From assembly GCA_045651205.1 (NCBI GenBank), contig JAZRSA010000011.1, positions 1 to 63,181 of the forward strand: 63,181 nt of DNA, read 5' to 3'. A program made the position numbers and the translations under genes. Positions within the stretch are counted from its first letter, which is position 1. Each line of letters opens with the position of its first letter. Below, in pieces: positions 1 to 10,097 of the stretch. Source of the DNA: Clostridia bacterium. GTDB taxonomy: Bacteria > Bacillota > Clostridia > TANB77 > CAG-465. The notes beneath the pieces are model-generated. The model saw only the letters and a list, made by a program, of their open reading frames with translations. It was not told where the DNA came from and made no database searches.

Positions 1-540
1 GCCTCCGACTTTGACTATGCGGTTACAAGAGAAGCTTTATTTAAAAAAGGAAAAACCGTAGAAGCTTTTACTGTATATAATCCTAAATTATATTATTTTT
101 TAGAATGGTTAAAACAGTTATTTGCAGAAACAGAGGGTAAAATGGGAAAAGGTATTTTGCCAACAATTAATGTTAATACACGTGATTTGCACTCAATGGG
201 TCAATTTTTACAAGATGGAAATCCGATTGTGTTTGAAACAGTTATAGGTATAGAACAAGCAGAAGTAATTAATATTGCAAAATATAATAAAACTTTAAAC
301 GATATCAATAAAATAGCTCAGGAAAAGGTTTGTCAAGCGCATTACGACGGCAAAACCCCTAGTAACGTTATAAATATAGATTATTTAGATGAATATAATT
401 TAGGAATGTTAGTGAGGTTTTTTATAACTGCTGCCATTAGTAGTGCATTATTGATAGATGTTGATCCGTTTAATCAACCTGGAGTAGAAAAATATAAAAA
501 ATTGATTGCGGATTCATTGAATAATATTTTTATATTTTAA
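1..540 (+). CDS. pgi: glucose-6-phosphate isomerase, C-terminal part (5' end lies outside the window)
   Basis: Frame 1 is open from base 1 (ASDFDYAVTREALF...) and runs into the listed ORF. HSMGQFLQDG and DPFNQPGVEKYKK resemble the conserved PGI C-terminal motifs (DQPGVE). A hairpin plus T-run follows. Confidence 0.8.
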   Translation, partial: ASDFDYAVTREALFKKGKTVEAFTVYNPKLYYFLEWLKQLFAETEGKMGKGILPTINVNTRDLHSMGQFLQDGNPIVFETVIGIEQAEVINIAKYNKTLNDINKIAQEKVCQAHYDGKTPSNVINIDYLDEYNLGMLVRFFITAAISSALLIDVDPFNQPGVEKYKKLIADSLNNIFIF

Positions 541-563
541 AGACAGTTTTGCTGTCTTTTTTG
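541..563 (+). terminator. rho-independent terminator after pgi
   Basis: AGACAG-ttttg-CTGTCT followed by TTTTTT. Confidence 0.6.
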
Positions 564-601
564 TTTTCTAAATGATATACTTATAGTAAGGAGGTCTATA
601 T

Positions 602-1345
602 ATGTTAGCTATTTTTATTTTTATTGTTGTTATTTTGTTATCATCAATAAAACAAATAAACGAATATGAAAGGGGAATAAAGTTTACTTGTGGTAAGTTT
701 TCTGGAATTGTGCAACCAGGATGGAGATTAGTTATTCCAATTTTTCAAACCCTTAAAAAGGTTGATATAAGAACTAAAGCAGTAGATGTGCCAGAACAAG
801 ATGCTATCACAAAAGATAATGTTTCAATTAAGATTAATGCTGTAATATACTACAAAATTTTTGATGCATCTAAAGCTATATTAGCCGTAGAAAATTATTA
901 TTACGCAGTTGGTCAATTAGCACAAACAACAATGAGAAATATTGTTGGTTCAGTTTCTCTAGACGAGCTATTAACAGAAAGAGAAAAACTAAGCCAAGAA
1001 ATATGTAACATAGTTGACGCAGCTACAGATCCATGGGGTATAAAAGTTGAAAACGTTGAGCTTAAAGACGTAGCTCTTCCAGAAGAAATGAAAAGAGTTA
1101 TGGCTAAAGTTGCAGAAGCAGAAAGAGAAAAACAATCTGTTATAACTAAAGCTTCTGGTGAAGTTGAAGCTGCAACTAACCTTGCAATGGCTGCAAATAT
1201 AATGGGTACTACTCCAGGTGCATTACACTTAAGAACTTTATCTACATTAAACGACTTAAGTAGTGATCAATCTAATACAGTAATATTCGCTATTCCTGTA
1301 GAATGTTTAGATGCTCTACGTGGACTTGGCCAAGGTAAGAAATAA
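602..1345 (+). CDS. SPFH/band-7 (stomatin/prohibitin-like) membrane protein
   Basis: N-terminal TM helix, then an SPFH-type core (VDIRTKAVDVPEQDAITKDNVSIKINAVIYYKI...) and an EAEREKQ helical tail. RBS AAGGAGG lies upstream. Confidence 0.8.
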   Translation: MLAIFIFIVVILLSSIKQINEYERGIKFTCGKFSGIVQPGWRLVIPIFQTLKKVDIRTKAVDVPEQDAITKDNVSIKINAVIYYKIFDASKAILAVENYYYAVGQLAQTTMRNIVGSVSLDELLTEREKLSQEICNIVDAATDPWGIKVENVELKDVALPEEMKRVMAKVAEAEREKQSVITKASGEVEAATNLAMAANIMGTTPGALHLRTLSTLNDLSSDQSNTVIFAIPVECLDALRGLGQGKK

Positions 1346-1395
1346 TAACTTAATTAAAATTTAGTTAATTAAAAGTTGTTAAATTTTAAACAAAT

Positions 1396-1432
1396 AAAAA
1401 CACAAATTGTATTATTACAATTTGTGTTTTTT
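1396..1432. terminator. bidirectional terminator hairpin
   Basis: ACACAAATTGTA-ttat-TACAATTTGTGT flanked by an A-run and a T-run, between convergent genes. Confidence 0.7.
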
Positions 1433-1452
1433 ATTTATCTTTAAAGCAACTT

Positions 1453-2847
1453 TTATATCATCTTTTTACTTTTAGTTTTCTTTTCCTTAATTATACTTAC
1501 ATCTTCTATCTTCATAGTATCAACAAATTCTTCTTTGGATTTTTCATCAGTTTCTTCTTTAACAGTTTCAACTTTTGGAGTTTCTACTTTCTCTTCAGGT
1601 TTCTCCTCTGTTTCTGCTTTGTTAACCTCTTTTACTTCCTCTATTTTTACCTCTTCATTTTTCACTACTTTTTTATAGTCGAGCTTTGGAAGTTCTGTTT
1701 TTTCCTCATCTGCTTGACTTTCCTTTTCTATTTGATTTGTAACTTCGCTTATAAACTTTATTATATTGTAATATGTGAATAACAGCTTCTTATCTATAGA
1801 GTTACCAAAAACTTTAGGTTCAAACATAGACGGAGTAAAGAATCTCATAAATATAATATTTTCTTTAAACATCACTTCAAATCTAAGATCATAATCCTTA
1901 TAGAATCTAGTAAGTATTTCTCTCATTTCACTTTGTATTACTTGATGCGCTACAGATCTATTGTCTGTATATATATCAAATATCTTTTCAAATGCAATAT
2001 CATCTGTTTCTAATTTGTTTTTAGAAATAAAGAATTTGAATCCGTTTTTAGTTACCTTTACCCAAGCACCCAAATCTTTCTCAGATCTAATTACCGCAAA
2101 CATACCTTTAAATAAATCTTCTCTAAATCTACGTTTTTTCTTTTTAAAAGCATAGTCTACATCTAGTTCTGCTATTTCAGTATATATTTTTCCATCTATC
2201 TTACCATCAACATAATCTTCTGATGAAAATCTATTGAAGGCTTTCTTTTCAAAATCCGATACAAGATATTTATTCTTCATATCATCGCCAACTCTACCAT
2301 ACATACTATATCTAAGATTATTATCTACAAGTTTTATAAACTTGCTTATTATTTGTTCTTTATATATTTTCTTGTACATTCTTCTTTGTTTTATACCAAA
2401 GAATATCATACCTCCTAACAAAAACGGAGACACTAATGCTAATGTTTTTATTGTATTATCTACACTTTCAGAAATAGCTGCTCCCGGCATTTTTGCAAAT
2501 GCAATTCCTAATACCATAATGCATGCCAATGCTATATCTATCATAGCAGAAATATTAGCAAGTGATTTCATTTTTCTTAAATCTTCATTTTGAATATTTA
2601 AAAGTTCATCATATATTTTTTCAAATTCTTCTCTTGCATTTCTAAGCTTTATATTTTTAGTAAACACATGGCCTTTAGTAGCTCTACTAAGTATAACAAC
2701 TATTGGAATTATTGTTATTGCTATTAAAGCTTGATATATTTGACCTATGTTTGCCGCTATTATTTCTGGAGATACCATCAATGTTGCTACTAACATAGCA
2801 ATTAACAAAATTATTGGTATTACTATTCCAGCAAATACTATTATCAT
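1453..2847 (-). CDS. membrane protein, DUF3137-like paralog 1 of 4, with Lys/Glu-rich C-terminal tail
   Basis: N-terminal TM helices. The C-terminal domain ends in the shared motif IIFMRFFTPSMFEP seen in all four paralogs. The low-complexity tail contains EEVKIEEVKEV/ETPKVETVKEE. Confidence 0.6.
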   Translation of the reverse strand: MIIVFAGIVIPIILLIAMLVATLMVSPEIIAANIGQIYQALIAITIIPIVVILSRATKGHVFTKNIKLRNAREEFEKIYDELLNIQNEDLRKMKSLANISAMIDIALACIMVLGIAFAKMPGAAISESVDNTIKTLALVSPFLLGGMIFFGIKQRRMYKKIYKEQIISKFIKLVDNNLRYSMYGRVGDDMKNKYLVSDFEKKAFNRFSSEDYVDGKIDGKIYTEIAELDVDYAFKKKKRRFREDLFKGMFAVIRSEKDLGAWVKVTKNGFKFFISKNKLETDDIAFEKIFDIYTDNRSVAHQVIQSEMREILTRFYKDYDLRFEVMFKENIIFMRFFTPSMFEPKVFGNSIDKKLLFTYYNIIKFISEVTNQIEKESQADEEKTELPKLDYKKVVKNEEVKIEEVKEVNKAETEEKPEEKVETPKVETVKEETDEKSKEEFVDTMKIEDVSIIKEKKTKSKKMI

Positions 2848-2860
2848 ATGTTCCTCCTAT

Positions 2861-4042
2861 TTAATTCGTTTGTACATCTCTTACAATCGCTGCCATCTTT
2901 AACATTAGTTCAACGATTAGTTTTAGTGTTGCATAATCTTTTAACAATACATTCTTGTTCATCGAATCTTCCAGTATGTCTGGTTCAAACATATCTCCGG
3001 TATAAACCAAGAAGTATATGTTGTTATTTTTTATAGCGATATCTAGTGTTATTCCCAGCTTATCTCTATAATCAAATAATTCTGTCATTACTTCACTTGT
3101 AAGTATTCTTGTTGCTAACATTCTGTCGTTTGTTTCAACAACAAAATTATTTTCAAACTCTTTACTATCTAGTTTTAATTTACTCGTCATATATTCATAT
3201 ATTTCCGCTCTATTTTTAATACCAACTGCAGATATTTTCAATTTAAACTTAGAATCTATACCTAGAGGAAGCATTGCAAAATAGCCATTAAAAATGTCAA
3301 TCTTTCTTACTTTTCCCTCTTCTGTCATCATATTATTACCAAGTTTTAGCTCAACCATATCAATATATTCTTCGTTTATCTCACCTTCTATAGCATCCAA
3401 ACATTCATACATATTATGTTCTAACAAACCAAAATTAGCCATTTCATATTCAGAAAGAACCAATTGTTCATTATTAACTGTAGTAGAATATCTTAACATT
3501 GGTCCTAAATGTTTTACTAAACTACTAATTATCCTGCTTTTGTATTCAGCTTTGTACTCCCTAATATCTTTTTCACTACCAAAAGATGAAAATATTAATG
3601 CCACTACTGCCAATAGAAGAATTAGTATTAAATCATATGCAGCTACAGCGTCACCGCACAACAAATAAAATGCTGCTAACGCAATAGCGGCGCCTAAAAT
3701 TCCTAAAACAGAATACCTAAATACCATTCTCTCTTTAGGTTTCTTCCTTTTTTCTTCTAAAGCTGCTCTATGTCTTCTACACAACTCATTATATATTCTA
3801 TCAAATTCAACTGAATTTACTAACCTCTTAGCCGCCTCATTTTTTTTAATTCTCGCTTTTTTACCTTTAGTAATTATTAAGTACCACCATAACCATGCAA
3901 TTGAAATAATAGATCCTGTCATAACTATTCCGTTTAAAACAGGTATTGATCCATATACCTCATTAGAAACATTAAGCATTTCAGATAAAAGAGCCGCTAG
4001 CGCTAGTGTTATTAATACTTTTTCACTAATCTTTTCGCGCAT
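2861..4042 (-). CDS. membrane protein, DUF3137-like paralog 2 of 4
   Basis: Same architecture (charged helix, TM pair, C-domain) with motif IYFLVYTGDMFEP. It sits 13 nt downstream of paralog 1. Confidence 0.6.
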   Translation of the reverse strand: MREKISEKVLITLALAALLSEMLNVSNEVYGSIPVLNGIVMTGSIISIAWLWWYLIITKGKKARIKKNEAAKRLVNSVEFDRIYNELCRRHRAALEEKRKKPKERMVFRYSVLGILGAAIALAAFYLLCGDAVAAYDLILILLLAVVALIFSSFGSEKDIREYKAEYKSRIISSLVKHLGPMLRYSTTVNNEQLVLSEYEMANFGLLEHNMYECLDAIEGEINEEYIDMVELKLGNNMMTEEGKVRKIDIFNGYFAMLPLGIDSKFKLKISAVGIKNRAEIYEYMTSKLKLDSKEFENNFVVETNDRMLATRILTSEVMTELFDYRDKLGITLDIAIKNNNIYFLVYTGDMFEPDILEDSMNKNVLLKDYATLKLIVELMLKMAAIVRDVQTN

Positions 4043-4096
4043 CCTTTTACACCTCTAAAAAATCATATCACATAACAAAAAAATTGTACAGTAGTA

Positions 4097-4130
4097 TAAA
4101 AAAGAAAAAGAATGGATTTAATTCCATTCT
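4097..4130 (-). terminator. rho-independent terminator of pflBA
   Basis: On the minus strand, AGAATGGA-attaaa-TCCATTCT followed by a T-rich run, directly after the pflA stop. Confidence 0.65.
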
Positions 4131-4847
4131 TTACTCAATTCCAAGTATTTGTTCTGCTTTTTTTACATCTTCGCTACTAGCTTCAGGAATTCCTTCTAGC
4201 ATAAACTTATCTCCTATCATTTCCCACTTTTCACTGCCTAAAGTATGGTAACCTAACACCTCTACTTTTTCTACGGTTTTAAGTGTAGAAACAAATTCTT
4301 TAAGTTTACTCAAATGTTCCTCTTTATCTGTTATTGTAGGTACAAGAACATGCCTAATCCACATAGGTACACCTTTATCTGAAATATGTTTTGCAAATTC
4401 TAATATTTTTGCATTATCTACTCCAATAAGATCTTTATGTGTATCGTTATCCATTTCTTTTAAATCTAGGATTACTAGATCTGTATAATCTAGCAAATCT
4501 TTTAATTTGTCTACATCTACAAAACCTGATGTGTCTATTGCTGTGTGTATTCCTTCCGCTTTAAGTCTCTTAAATAGGTCTATTACAAAGTCTATTTGAA
4601 GAAGTGGTTCACCACCGCTTACAGTAACTCCACCGTTTTCACCCATATATTCTCTGTAATTAAGCATTTTTTCTACAACAGATTCACTATCGTGTACTTC
4701 TCCTAAATGTACATCTCTAGTATCTCTATTGTGACAATACTTACACCTTAAAGGACAGCCTTGGAGAAAGATAACATATCTTACCCCAGGGCCGTCTACT
4801 GTACTAAAGCTTTCAAAGGAATGTATTCTCCCTGTTACTTTTTCCAT
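4131..4847 (-). CDS. pflA: pyruvate formate-lyase activating enzyme (radical SAM)
   Basis: CPLRCKYCHN is a CxxxCxxC radical-SAM cluster. Glycyl-radical activase length, and 8 nt downstream of pflB. Confidence 0.9.
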   Translation of the reverse strand: MEKVTGRIHSFESFSTVDGPGVRYVIFLQGCPLRCKYCHNRDTRDVHLGEVHDSESVVEKMLNYREYMGENGGVTVSGGEPLLQIDFVIDLFKRLKAEGIHTAIDTSGFVDVDKLKDLLDYTDLVILDLKEMDNDTHKDLIGVDNAKILEFAKHISDKGVPMWIRHVLVPTITDKEEHLSKLKEFVSTLKTVEKVEVLGYHTLGSEKWEMIGDKFMLEGIPEASSEDVKKAEQILGIE

Positions 4848-4855
4848 ATTACTCC

Positions 4856-7102
4856 TTATATTTTTTCATGTATTGTTCTATTTATTACGTCTAATTGTTG
4901 TTCTTTAGTTAATTTAACAAAGTTTACTGCATATCCAGAAACTCTTATTGTTAGTTGTGGATATTTTTCCGGATGATTCATTGCATCTATTAATAGCTCT
5001 CTGTTAAATACGTTAACATTTATGTGATGCCCAGTTCTTGCAAAATATCCATCAAGCATAGATATTAAGTTTGAAACTTGTGTAGTCTCACTATCTCCAA
5101 GCGTACTTGGTGTTATTGAGAATGTATATGAAATACCATCTTCTGAATGTTCGTATGGAAGTTTTGCAATTGAGTTCATAACTGCAAGTGCCCCATTAGT
5201 ATCTCTACCATGCATTGGGTTTGCACCTGGTCCAAATGGTTCTCCTGCTTTTCTTCCATCCGGAGTATCTCCAGTGTTTTTACCATAAACAACATTTGAT
5301 GTTATTGTAAGAACAGACATTGTTGGTTTAGAATTTCTGTATGTTTTTTGCTTTCTTACTTTATTCATAAAGCGTTTTAGAACATCTACAGCTATTGAGT
5401 CTACTCTATCGTCATCATTTCCGTATTTAGGGAAATCTCCTTCGATTTCGTAGCTTGTTACTAAACCTTGGTCATTTCTTATTGCTTTAACTTTAGCGTA
5501 TTTTATTGCAGATAATGAGTCTGCTACAACAGATAATCCTGCAATACCAGTAGCCATAGTTCTTAAGATTTCATCATCATGTAACGCCATTTCTATTTTT
5601 TCGTATGAATATTTATCATGCATATAGTGGATTGCATTTAATGCTTTAACATAAACCATTGCAACATAATCCATCATATTATCGAATTTAGCAAGTACAT
5701 CATCATAGTATAAATAATCTGTTGTTACACCTTCAAACTTAGGTGCTACTTGTTTACCAGATATTTCATCGCGTCCACCATTTATTGCATAAAGTAGTGT
5801 TTTAGCAAGGTTACATCTAGCTCCAAAGAATTGCATTTGCTTACCTATTCTCATTGCAGATACACAACATGCTATACCATAGTCATCTCCCCAGAATCCT
5901 CTCATAAGGTCATCATTTTCATATTGGATTGATGATGTTTTTATAGACATCTTAGTTGCATATTCTTTAAATCCTCTTGGTAAATTATTTGACCATAATA
6001 CAGTTAAGTTTGGTTCTGGTGCAGGTCCTAAGTTAGATAGTGTGTGTAGTATTCTAAATGAGTTTTTAGTTACTAATGTTCTACCATCTATACCCATACC
6101 ACCAATACTTTCAGTTACCCATACTGGATCTCCACTAAATAGTTCATTGTATTCTGGTGTTCTTAAGAATCTTACAAGTCTTAATTTCATTACTAAATGG
6201 TCTATTAATTCTTGTGCTTCTTCTTCTGTTAAAGTTCCTTCTGCTAAATCTTTTTCAATGTATATATCTAAGAATGTGCTTATTCTACCAATACTCATTG
6301 CAGCACCATTTTGGTCTTTTATTGCTGCTAGGTATCCAAAGTATGTCCATTGAACAGCTTCCTTAGCGTTTGCAGCTGGTTTAGATATGTCTAAATCATA
6401 TTTAGCTGCCATTTCTTTAAGTTCACCTAAAGCTTGGATTTGATCATAAGTCTCTTCACGAGCTCTTAATATATTTTCATCAAAATCTCTTCTATCTAAT
6501 GCTTCTAAAGATTTCTTCTTATCTGCTATTAATGCATCTATACCATAAAGAGCTACTCTTCTGTAGTCTCCTATAATTCTTCCACGTCCATAACCATCTG
6601 GAAGACCAGTTATTAAGTGTGAGCTTCTTGCTGCACGTATATCTGGTGTATATACACTAAATACTCCATCGTTATGTGTTCTTCTTATTGTATGGAATAT
6701 TTCAGATACTTTAGGATCCATTTGTCTATCGTAAGCTTCGCAAGATTTTTCTACTATTCTTACTCCACCAAAAGGCATAATTGCTCTTTTTAATGGTTTG
6801 TCTGTTTGAAGACCTACTATTTTTTCTAATCTCTTGTCTATATATCCTGCGTTATGTGCTGTTATTGTAGATACTGTTTTAACATCTACATCTAGCACTC
6901 CACCATTTTCTTTTTCTTTTTTGTATAAATCTAACACTTTATCCCATAGTTTTATTGTGCTATTTGTTGGTCCTTTAAGGAATTCATCTGTTCCTTCATA
7001 AGGTGTATAGTTTAGTTGAATAAAGCTTCTTACATCGATTTCTTCTTGCCATTTTCCGGCTTTAAATTTTTTCCATTCTTCAAAGTTCATTACTTTCTTC
7101 AT
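4856..7102 (-). CDS. pflB: formate C-acetyltransferase (pyruvate formate-lyase)
   Basis: 748 aa with active-site GIACCVSA (Cys-Cys) and the C-terminal glycyl-radical motif [11 protein letters not shown]. Confidence 0.95.
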   Translation of the reverse strand: MKKVMNFEEWKKFKAGKWQEEIDVRSFIQLNYTPYEGTDEFLKGPTNSTIKLWDKVLDLYKKEKENGGVLDVDVKTVSTITAHNAGYIDKRLEKIVGLQTDKPLKRAIMPFGGVRIVEKSCEAYDRQMDPKVSEIFHTIRRTHNDGVFSVYTPDIRAARSSHLITGLPDGYGRGRIIGDYRRVALYGIDALIADKKKSLEALDRRDFDENILRAREETYDQIQALGELKEMAAKYDLDISKPAANAKEAVQWTYFGYLAAIKDQNGAAMSIGRISTFLDIYIEKDLAEGTLTEEEAQELIDHLVMKLRLVRFLRTPEYNELFSGDPVWVTESIGGMGIDGRTLVTKNSFRILHTLSNLGPAPEPNLTVLWSNNLPRGFKEYATKMSIKTSSIQYENDDLMRGFWGDDYGIACCVSAMRIGKQMQFFGARCNLAKTLLYAINGGRDEISGKQVAPKFEGVTTDYLYYDDVLAKFDNMMDYVAMVYVKALNAIHYMHDKYSYEKIEMALHDDEILRTMATGIAGLSVVADSLSAIKYAKVKAIRNDQGLVTSYEIEGDFPKYGNDDDRVDSIAVDVLKRFMNKVRKQKTYRNSKPTMSVLTITSNVVYGKNTGDTPDGRKAGEPFGPGANPMHGRDTNGALAVMNSIAKLPYEHSEDGISYTFSITPSTLGDSETTQVSNLISMLDGYFARTGHHINVNVFNRELLIDAMNHPEKYPQLTIRVSGYAVNFVKLTKEQQLDVINRTIHEKI

Positions 7103-7137
7103 CCTTTCGTTATTATATTCATTATATTACATTTTTC

Positions 7138-7165
7138 ATTATATCATTAAAGAATATTTTTGCAA
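7138..7165 (-). promoter_or_regulatory. predicted sigma-A promoter of pflB
   Basis: Minus strand reads TTGCAA, 16 nt spacer, TGATATAAT (extended -10), about 35 nt upstream of the pflB ATG. Confidence 0.45.
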
Positions 7166-7210
7166 ATAGTTTGTGAAGTTTAATATAAAAAAATTCATAG
7201 GTGTGCAAAT

Positions 7211-7239
7211 TTGCTTTTTTATGTCTCCTATGGTATAAT
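7211..7239 (+). promoter_or_regulatory. predicted sigma-A promoter of the GC-rich NUDIX gene
   Basis: TTGCTT, 17 nt spacer, TGgTATAAT (extended -10), then RBS GGAGGTG and ATG at 7270. Confidence 0.5.
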
Positions 7240-7269
7240 GTTTTCGTTAATTTAAAACGGAGGTGTCTT

Positions 7270-7689
7270 ATGGATAAATTCAGAGGTATTAGACCAATTG
7301 CACTTGGAATAGTAGTGCGCGACGGCAAGGTTTTGGCAAGCGAAGGATATGACAAAGTTAAGGGCGTTCATTTCTGGCGTGCTATCGGAGGCGGCATCGA
7401 ATTCTTAGAAAAGAGTAACGAAACTCTTAAAAGAGAATTCATGGAGGAAATCGGAGCTAACGTAACAGTTGGTGATTTCCTTGGTGTAGATGAAAACATC
7501 TTCACTTTCGATGGCAAGCAAGGACACGAACTTATCTTCCTTTACAGAGTAACTCTTGATGAAAAAGATTACAAGGAAGTTTACTTCGAAGAAGGAGATA
7601 CTGCTTACCCTATTCGTTGGGTAGACCTTGAGGACCTTAAGTCTGGCAAGGAAATTATCTATCCTACTTCTGTCGTGAAATATCTATAA
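7270..7689 (+). CDS. NUDIX hydrolase (compositional outlier)
   Basis: Nudix box GGGIEFLEKSNETLKREFMEEIG. Start moved to the ATG preceded by GGAGGTG. Markedly higher G+C and C-ending codons than the flanks. Confidence 0.8.
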   Translation: MDKFRGIRPIALGIVVRDGKVLASEGYDKVKGVHFWRAIGGGIEFLEKSNETLKREFMEEIGANVTVGDFLGVDENIFTFDGKQGHELIFLYRVTLDEKDYKEVYFEEGDTAYPIRWVDLEDLKSGKEIIYPTSVVKYL

Positions 7690-7722
7690 AAAGCAGTGTA
7701 ACAAAAACATTATGACACAAGC

Positions 7723-7755
7723 AAAAGCTGATGAATTAAATATTCATCAGCTTTT
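7723..7755. terminator. bidirectional terminator hairpin
   Basis: AAAAGCTGATGAAT-taaat-ATTCATCAGCTTTT between convergent genes. Confidence 0.7.
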
Positions 7756-7782
7756 AACTTATTCTATATTATTTATTCTATA

Positions 7783-8817
7783 TTATTTTTTATTTGCATT
7801 ATCTAATTCTTCTGCTAAATCTTCTAATAGTTTTATTGTGTTATAGCAAACCTTCAATAATTCTTTATTTCTATTTTCTTCGTTAATTGGTTCAAAAAAA
7901 GCCACTTTATGCATTCTAATAAATACATTATTTCCTTTGAATGCAATATCTGTTCTTATATTAGACGCTTTATCCATTTCTTTAACAACCGCACCTAACT
8001 CTTCTGTTACATAAGCCTCTACCTTTTCTGGTTGTTCAGAATACACTTCCAAACCTCTCCAGCTTTCAGATTTAGCAAGGAAAAAACCTCTGCCTTCTTT
8101 TTTAGTTCTATCTTTTTCATATCTATTTTTTATTAAAGGATCTCTTGTGAATACACTAAAATCTACAGGTACTGCACTCGGAATATTCATATGAATAAAC
8201 AGACCATTAAACAAATCTATTCTTTGTGTAGATTCTGTCATTCTTCCATCTACCATTTTTCTTATTTTTTTAACTTCGTCAACATTAATTTCTGACATCT
8301 TTACAGGCATACCATCTAGAACCGTACCGTCAACATAGTTTTTTGTTCTCATTTCAATATCTCTTCTTACACCAGAAAATATTTGTCCTAAGCTCATTAT
8401 TGTTAATTCATCTAGCCCTGCCATCTCATAATATCTTTTAATATCGCTGCCGTTATCTGTACTTGTTTCGCTAAATGTAAATTTATCGTTTGCTCTAGTT
8501 ATAACATCTGCTAACACTGTCTTTTTATATCCTTTTCTATAGTTACTTTTAAGTGACGATGCATAAGCCACTAAAACAACTACTATAAGTATAACCGCAA
8601 TTAGTATCGCATAGAACGTTGCTTTGTTTGTCGCTAATAGCGTTTTAAATGGTGTAACAAATACTATTGCAAGAACTATTAAAAGAAACCCTATCAATAT
8701 GCCATATAATATTTTAGATAGTTTTACATCTTTCTTCCATTTTTCGATTTTATCTTGATATTTTCTACAAATATCTGTGTATAACTCTTTAAATTCTTCA
8801 TCATTTACTTTTTTCAT
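7783..8817 (-). CDS. membrane protein, DUF3137-like paralog 3 of 4
   Basis: Charged N-terminal helix, two TM helices, C-domain with DLFNGLFIHM and VFIRMHKVAFFEP motifs. Confidence 0.6.
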   Translation of the reverse strand: MKKVNDEEFKELYTDICRKYQDKIEKWKKDVKLSKILYGILIGFLLIVLAIVFVTPFKTLLATNKATFYAILIAVILIVVVLVAYASSLKSNYRKGYKKTVLADVITRANDKFTFSETSTDNGSDIKRYYEMAGLDELTIMSLGQIFSGVRRDIEMRTKNYVDGTVLDGMPVKMSEINVDEVKKIRKMVDGRMTESTQRIDLFNGLFIHMNIPSAVPVDFSVFTRDPLIKNRYEKDRTKKEGRGFFLAKSESWRGLEVYSEQPEKVEAYVTEELGAVVKEMDKASNIRTDIAFKGNNVFIRMHKVAFFEPINEENRNKELLKVCYNTIKLLEDLAEELDNANKK

Positions 8818-8874
8818 ATGTTATCTCCTTTATATATAGTTATGTTATCACAAAAATTATTTTATTGTCTATAA

Positions 8875-10080
8875 CTAAATTTCCACTTCAGATATTATTT
8901 TATCCAATTCTATAGATACATCTGTTATTAATTTTATTACTTCATAATATGCTCTTACTCTATCTTTTTCTCTAGATTCATTAAATATAGCCGGTTCAAA
9001 TAGTTCTGTTGTAAAGAAACGCATAAATATTTCTGTTCCAGATACCATTACTTCATAATGTATTCCAAGTCTTGTTTCAAACTCAACCATTTTTTGCATT
9101 ATATCACTAGTAAGAACTCTCATTGCTACAACAGAATTGTCTGCATAAACATTAAATAAATTCTCAAATTCCGTACTATCCATTTTCACTTGTGCCAAAT
9201 TTTGTGTGTTTTTTTCCTTCATTTTGTTGTTATTATTTAATATTTTTAGCGTTCCTTTAAATTCATTTATGCCATGTACATAAACAAATAATCCGTTAAA
9301 TACATCTATAGTTGTTCTATTCCTTCTACCACCTACAACTTCATCTAAATCTAATTCTCCCATAGATAAAGTTATCTTATCTGTAAGCTTTCCAGTTATA
9401 AAATCCTCTCTTCTGTCTCTATTAAAACGATATGTATCAAAAGCAGCCAGTTCGTACTTTTCCAAAAGCTCCTTGCCATAATCTTCACTTTTCATACTAT
9501 ATGTAAGTCCTCTGTTTGCCTTATTTACTATATCAGCTACAACACCTGTTTTATATTTCTTATCATAATCCGTTTTCCTAAAAGAATAGAAACAATATGC
9601 TCCAAAGAAAAGCAACATTGTAATTACTGGTATTACTGTTATCATAGTTTGGTTATTAATTATAAATCCAAAATATTTCTCCATATTAGTTTCTGCTATT
9701 TTCATCCAAGCAAACATAATAACTATTGCTGCACCAAGCAATGATACAATAATCGTTATAGGTCTTAGTCCTTTTCTTATCTTTGCTAAATCTTGTGAAT
9801 ACTTTTCACGAATTTCTGTATATATTAAATCGAATTTGCCATCTTCTTTTAAATTAGCTGTAGATATTTTGTTATTCTTAATCTTTCCATTCCTAAACGA
9901 AATGAATAAAGGTATCCCATAAGTTAATATAATCATTATTATTATAGCTACTAAATAGAATGTAAGCTCCTTAGTAATGAATAAATCTAAACCTTCAAAC
10001 ATATTAGCATACGCCATTATCACGCCAACAGCTATCATTAAAGATATTGCTAATGTTATTATTCTTAAATCTCTTTTCAT
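8875..10080 (-). CDS. membrane protein, DUF3137-like paralog 4 of 4
   Basis: Multiple TM helices, C-domain with DVFNGLFVYV and IFMRFFTTELFEP motifs. Confidence 0.6.
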   Translation of the reverse strand: MKRDLRIITLAISLMIAVGVIMAYANMFEGLDLFITKELTFYLVAIIIMIILTYGIPLFISFRNGKIKNNKISTANLKEDGKFDLIYTEIREKYSQDLAKIRKGLRPITIIVSLLGAAIVIMFAWMKIAETNMEKYFGFIINNQTMITVIPVITMLLFFGAYCFYSFRKTDYDKKYKTGVVADIVNKANRGLTYSMKSEDYGKELLEKYELAAFDTYRFNRDRREDFITGKLTDKITLSMGELDLDEVVGGRRNRTTIDVFNGLFVYVHGINEFKGTLKILNNNNKMKEKNTQNLAQVKMDSTEFENLFNVYADNSVVAMRVLTSDIMQKMVEFETRLGIHYEVMVSGTEIFMRFFTTELFEPAIFNESREKDRVRAYYEVIKLITDVSIELDKIISEVEI

Positions 10081-10097
10081 AATACCTCCTAAAACTA

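Noticed and set aside
7205-7214. GCAAATTTGC palindrome near pflB as a second site for the Crp/Fnr regulator
   Set aside because: Its half-site spacing differs from GTTGC-N4-GCAAC, and it overlaps the -35 TTGCTT of the NUDIX promoter, so it is probably coincidental in AT-rich DNA.
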